Below, piece by piece: positions 62,213 through 64,000 of a stretch of 64,000 nt of DNA. Under the pieces are notes generated by a model. That model was not told where the DNA came from. It made no database searches and saw nothing but the letters and a program-made list of their open reading frames with translations. The translations under genes were made by a program, and so were the position numbers. The DNA comes from an uncultured Pseudomonadota bacterium (GTDB taxonomy: Bacteria; Pseudomonadota; Alphaproteobacteria; Rhizobiales; Xanthobacteraceae). The stretch spans positions 75,518 to 139,517 of the forward strand of contig CAWBRI010000020.1 in assembly GCA_963791155.1 (NCBI GenBank). Direction: 5' to 3'. Every line of letters begins with the position of its first letter. Within the stretch, counting starts at the first letter, position 1.

Positions 62213-62990
62213 ATGGACCTCGGCTTGAAGGGCCGCCGCGTGCTGGTGACCGGCGGCTCGCAGGGCATCGGCCTCGCGGTGGCGCGCGGATTTCTGGACG
62301 AAGGCGCCAAGGTCACGATCGTGGCGCGCAACAAGGAGCGGCTGGCGCAGCGCCGTCGCCGAGCTTTCGGCCGGCGCGGACGTGACCGCGAAGTCGATGG
62401 ACCTCGCGCAACGCGGCGCCGCCGAGGCGCTGGCGGACGAGTTCCGCGACACCGACGTGCTGGTCAACAATGCGGGCGCGATCCCGACCGGCGATATCTT
62501 CGCGGTCGACGAGGCGCGCTGGCGCGCCACCTGGGACCTCAAGGTGTTCGGCTATGTCAACCTGATGCGCGCCATGTATGGCCATATGCGGGGCAGGGGA
62601 CCGAAAGTGATCGTCAACGTGCTCGGGCTGGGCGGCGAGCGGCCGCAATGGCGCTATGTGTGCGGCAATGCCGCCAATGTGGCGCTCGCGGGCGTGACCA
62701 AGTCGCTCGGCGGGCGCAGCATCGACGACGGCATCCGGGTGGTCGCCGTCAATCCGGGCGGCGTCGAGACCGAGCGCATGGAGACGATCCAGCGCGCGCG
62801 CGCCGAAAAGGAGTTCGGCGACGCCGGCCGCTGGCGCGAATACTTTGCCGACAAGCCGCTGCAGCGCGCCGCCACGCCGGCGGAGGTCGCCAACGTGATC
62901 CTGTTTCTCGCTTCCGACAAGGCGAGCTGGGTGTCGGGCGCGGTGGTGCCGGTCGACGGCGGCTTCCTGCACCGGCAGGATTGGTTCTGA
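62213..62990 (+). pseudogene. short-chain dehydrogenase/reductase (SDR), 1 frameshift near 62350 as sequenced
   Basis: MDLGLKGRRVLVTGGSQGIGLAVARGFLDEGAKVTIVARNKERLA is in one frame. VLVNNAGA...NPGGVETER...ASWVSGAVVPVDGG is in ORF 62382..62990. Confidence 0.85.
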
Positions 62991-63448
62991 GGGGGCCGCG
63001 CCAATACTCTTGACACCCATTTTTTTGGCGACCGCGCCAATATGTGGTAGGAGAAAATCCACGGTTGGAATTGCGCCCGGCGCCGCGAAGCCCGGGGCGT
63101 TTGCATGAGAGCGACATGTTTTGCGCCATCGCATCTCGTGCCATGGCGTCGCACATGCAAGCAAACACAGGGGTCGCCTCGGGCGGCTCTTTTCATCTGG
63201 AGAACCGTGCGGCCCGGGTGCCGGCATTGAGACGCGACGATTCCCTGCAGATTGCCTGTATTCGCCTGATATTAGCAGGGACACGCCGGGACGAACGAGG
63301 CCAAAAAGCCCAGTTATTTCAATATGCGCGTTGGCGCCAGAAAGCGGGTCCCGATTGAACAGGAAACCGGGACCTGTTCTCACTCTGCATCGTCAACTGG
63401 AACAGCACCCCATCGCTGAGAGACGGAACAGATTAAATCGCGGATTTC

Positions 63449-63997
63449 CTAGCGGTCGTTGCCCGCCGGCTCGGCGTCGATGAGGACGAATGCCAGATAG
63501 GCAGGCTCGTCGGTCCGGTTGCTCCAGGCGTGATTGGTGCCGCGCTGGATCAGCACGTCGCCGGCCTTGAGCACGGTCTCGCCTTCATCCATCAGCGCCA
63601 CGACCTCGCCCGACAGCACGATCGCGTAGTCGACCGAATTGGTCTTGTGAAAACCCGGATGGCGGGGATTTTGGCGATCCAGGGCCTCATGCCGTCCCGA
63701 GCCGTCAGGCGGGGCGTCGCGCTCGTGCGCCAGCGCCGGGACGCGCTGCTTGTCGGGCGGATATTCGATGATGCGCAGCACGCTGCCGTTCTTCGGCGGC
63801 GGCAGGCGAAAAGGACGGTTGATGGAATCGTCGTTGTGGCGGTTGTCGGCCGGCGTGCGCTGCGTTTCCCACAGGTCGGTCACCACCACGCTTCCGGTTC
63901 CGCGGCTGAACACATGCGGCGAGGGTCCGTCCATGACGAAGATCGACTTGCCGGCGGCGTCGTGTCCCGTGACCACGCGGCGAATTTTCCTCTGCAT
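63449..63997 (-). CDS. cupin domain protein
   Basis: 182-aa ORF with a single cupin barrel (HKTNSVDYAIVLSGEVVALMDEGETVLKAGDVLIQRGTNHAW). Confidence 0.75.
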   Translation of the reverse strand: MQRKIRRVVTGHDAAGKSIFVMDGPSPHVFSRGTGSVVVTDLWETQRTPADNRHNDDSINRPFRLPPPKNGSVLRIIEYPPDKQRVPALAHERDAPPDGSGRHEALDRQNPRHPGFHKTNSVDYAIVLSGEVVALMDEGETVLKAGDVLIQRGTNHAWSNRTDEPAYLAFVLIDAEPAGNDR

Positions 63998-64000
63998 CCG

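Noticed and set aside
62991-63448. Possible small RNA or regulator in the 458-bp gap between the SDR and the cupin gene. It contains a TTGACA at 63010 and the hairpin GGGTCCCG...CGGGACC near 63335..63375.
   Set aside because: There is no -10 box at proper spacing from the TTGACA. The ORFs are short and low complexity. The hairpin may simply be the cupin gene terminator. The evidence is too weak to annotate.

Overview
This is a high-GC (roughly 65%) chromosomal segment. Its gene content and synteny look alphaproteobacterial, of the Rhizobiales / Bradyrhizobiaceae type; that placement is inferred from protein motifs and gene order only.

Gene content, left to right:
- Envelope-biogenesis block pdxA-surA-lptD and lptG-lptF on the minus strand, facing pepA-holC on the plus strand.
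- A lipoprotein, an S10 peptidase, a DUF5996 protein, an ABC-F ATPase, katG, a class II aldolase, a biotin-carboxylase/BCCP fusion, DUF1489 and a Bug/TctC binding protein.
- 23.1-27.6 kb: a lower-GC three-gene glycosylation-type module (methyltransferase-GT2 fusion, methyltransferase, large polytopic membrane protein).
- 27.7-30.0 kb: two divergent ring-cleavage dioxygenases.
- 30.1-45.9 kb: a split type II secretion (T2SS) locus. gspE-F-G-H-I-J-K-L-M plus a GspC/N-like gene lie on the minus strand. A lipobox-bearing gspD and gspO lie on the plus strand 4.4 kb away. Two secreted beta-propeller proteins and a CxxCxxCC protein sit between them.
- A Sel1-repeat protein, panC, a TPP riboswitch with thiO-thiS-thiG-thiE, a J-domain membrane protein, a DD-carboxypeptidase-SPOR fusion, a phasin, two tandem TadG-like vWA proteins, clpS-clpA, azlCD, an SDR and a cupin.

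I found no rRNA, tRNA, CRISPR array, transposase, integrase or recognisable defence gene. I cannot point to a clearly novel multi-gene system.

The most notable global property is at least ~60 single-base frameshifts clustered in particular genes, including the essential lptD/F/G. Several sit at C5/G5 homopolymers, which suggests assembly indel errors rather than biology.

The best second-look items are:
- the T2SS locus architecture and its candidate cargo;
- the riboswitch separated from thiO by three 62-bp palindromic tandem repeats;
- the dispersed inverted heptamer-array element;
- the low-GC glycosylation module.
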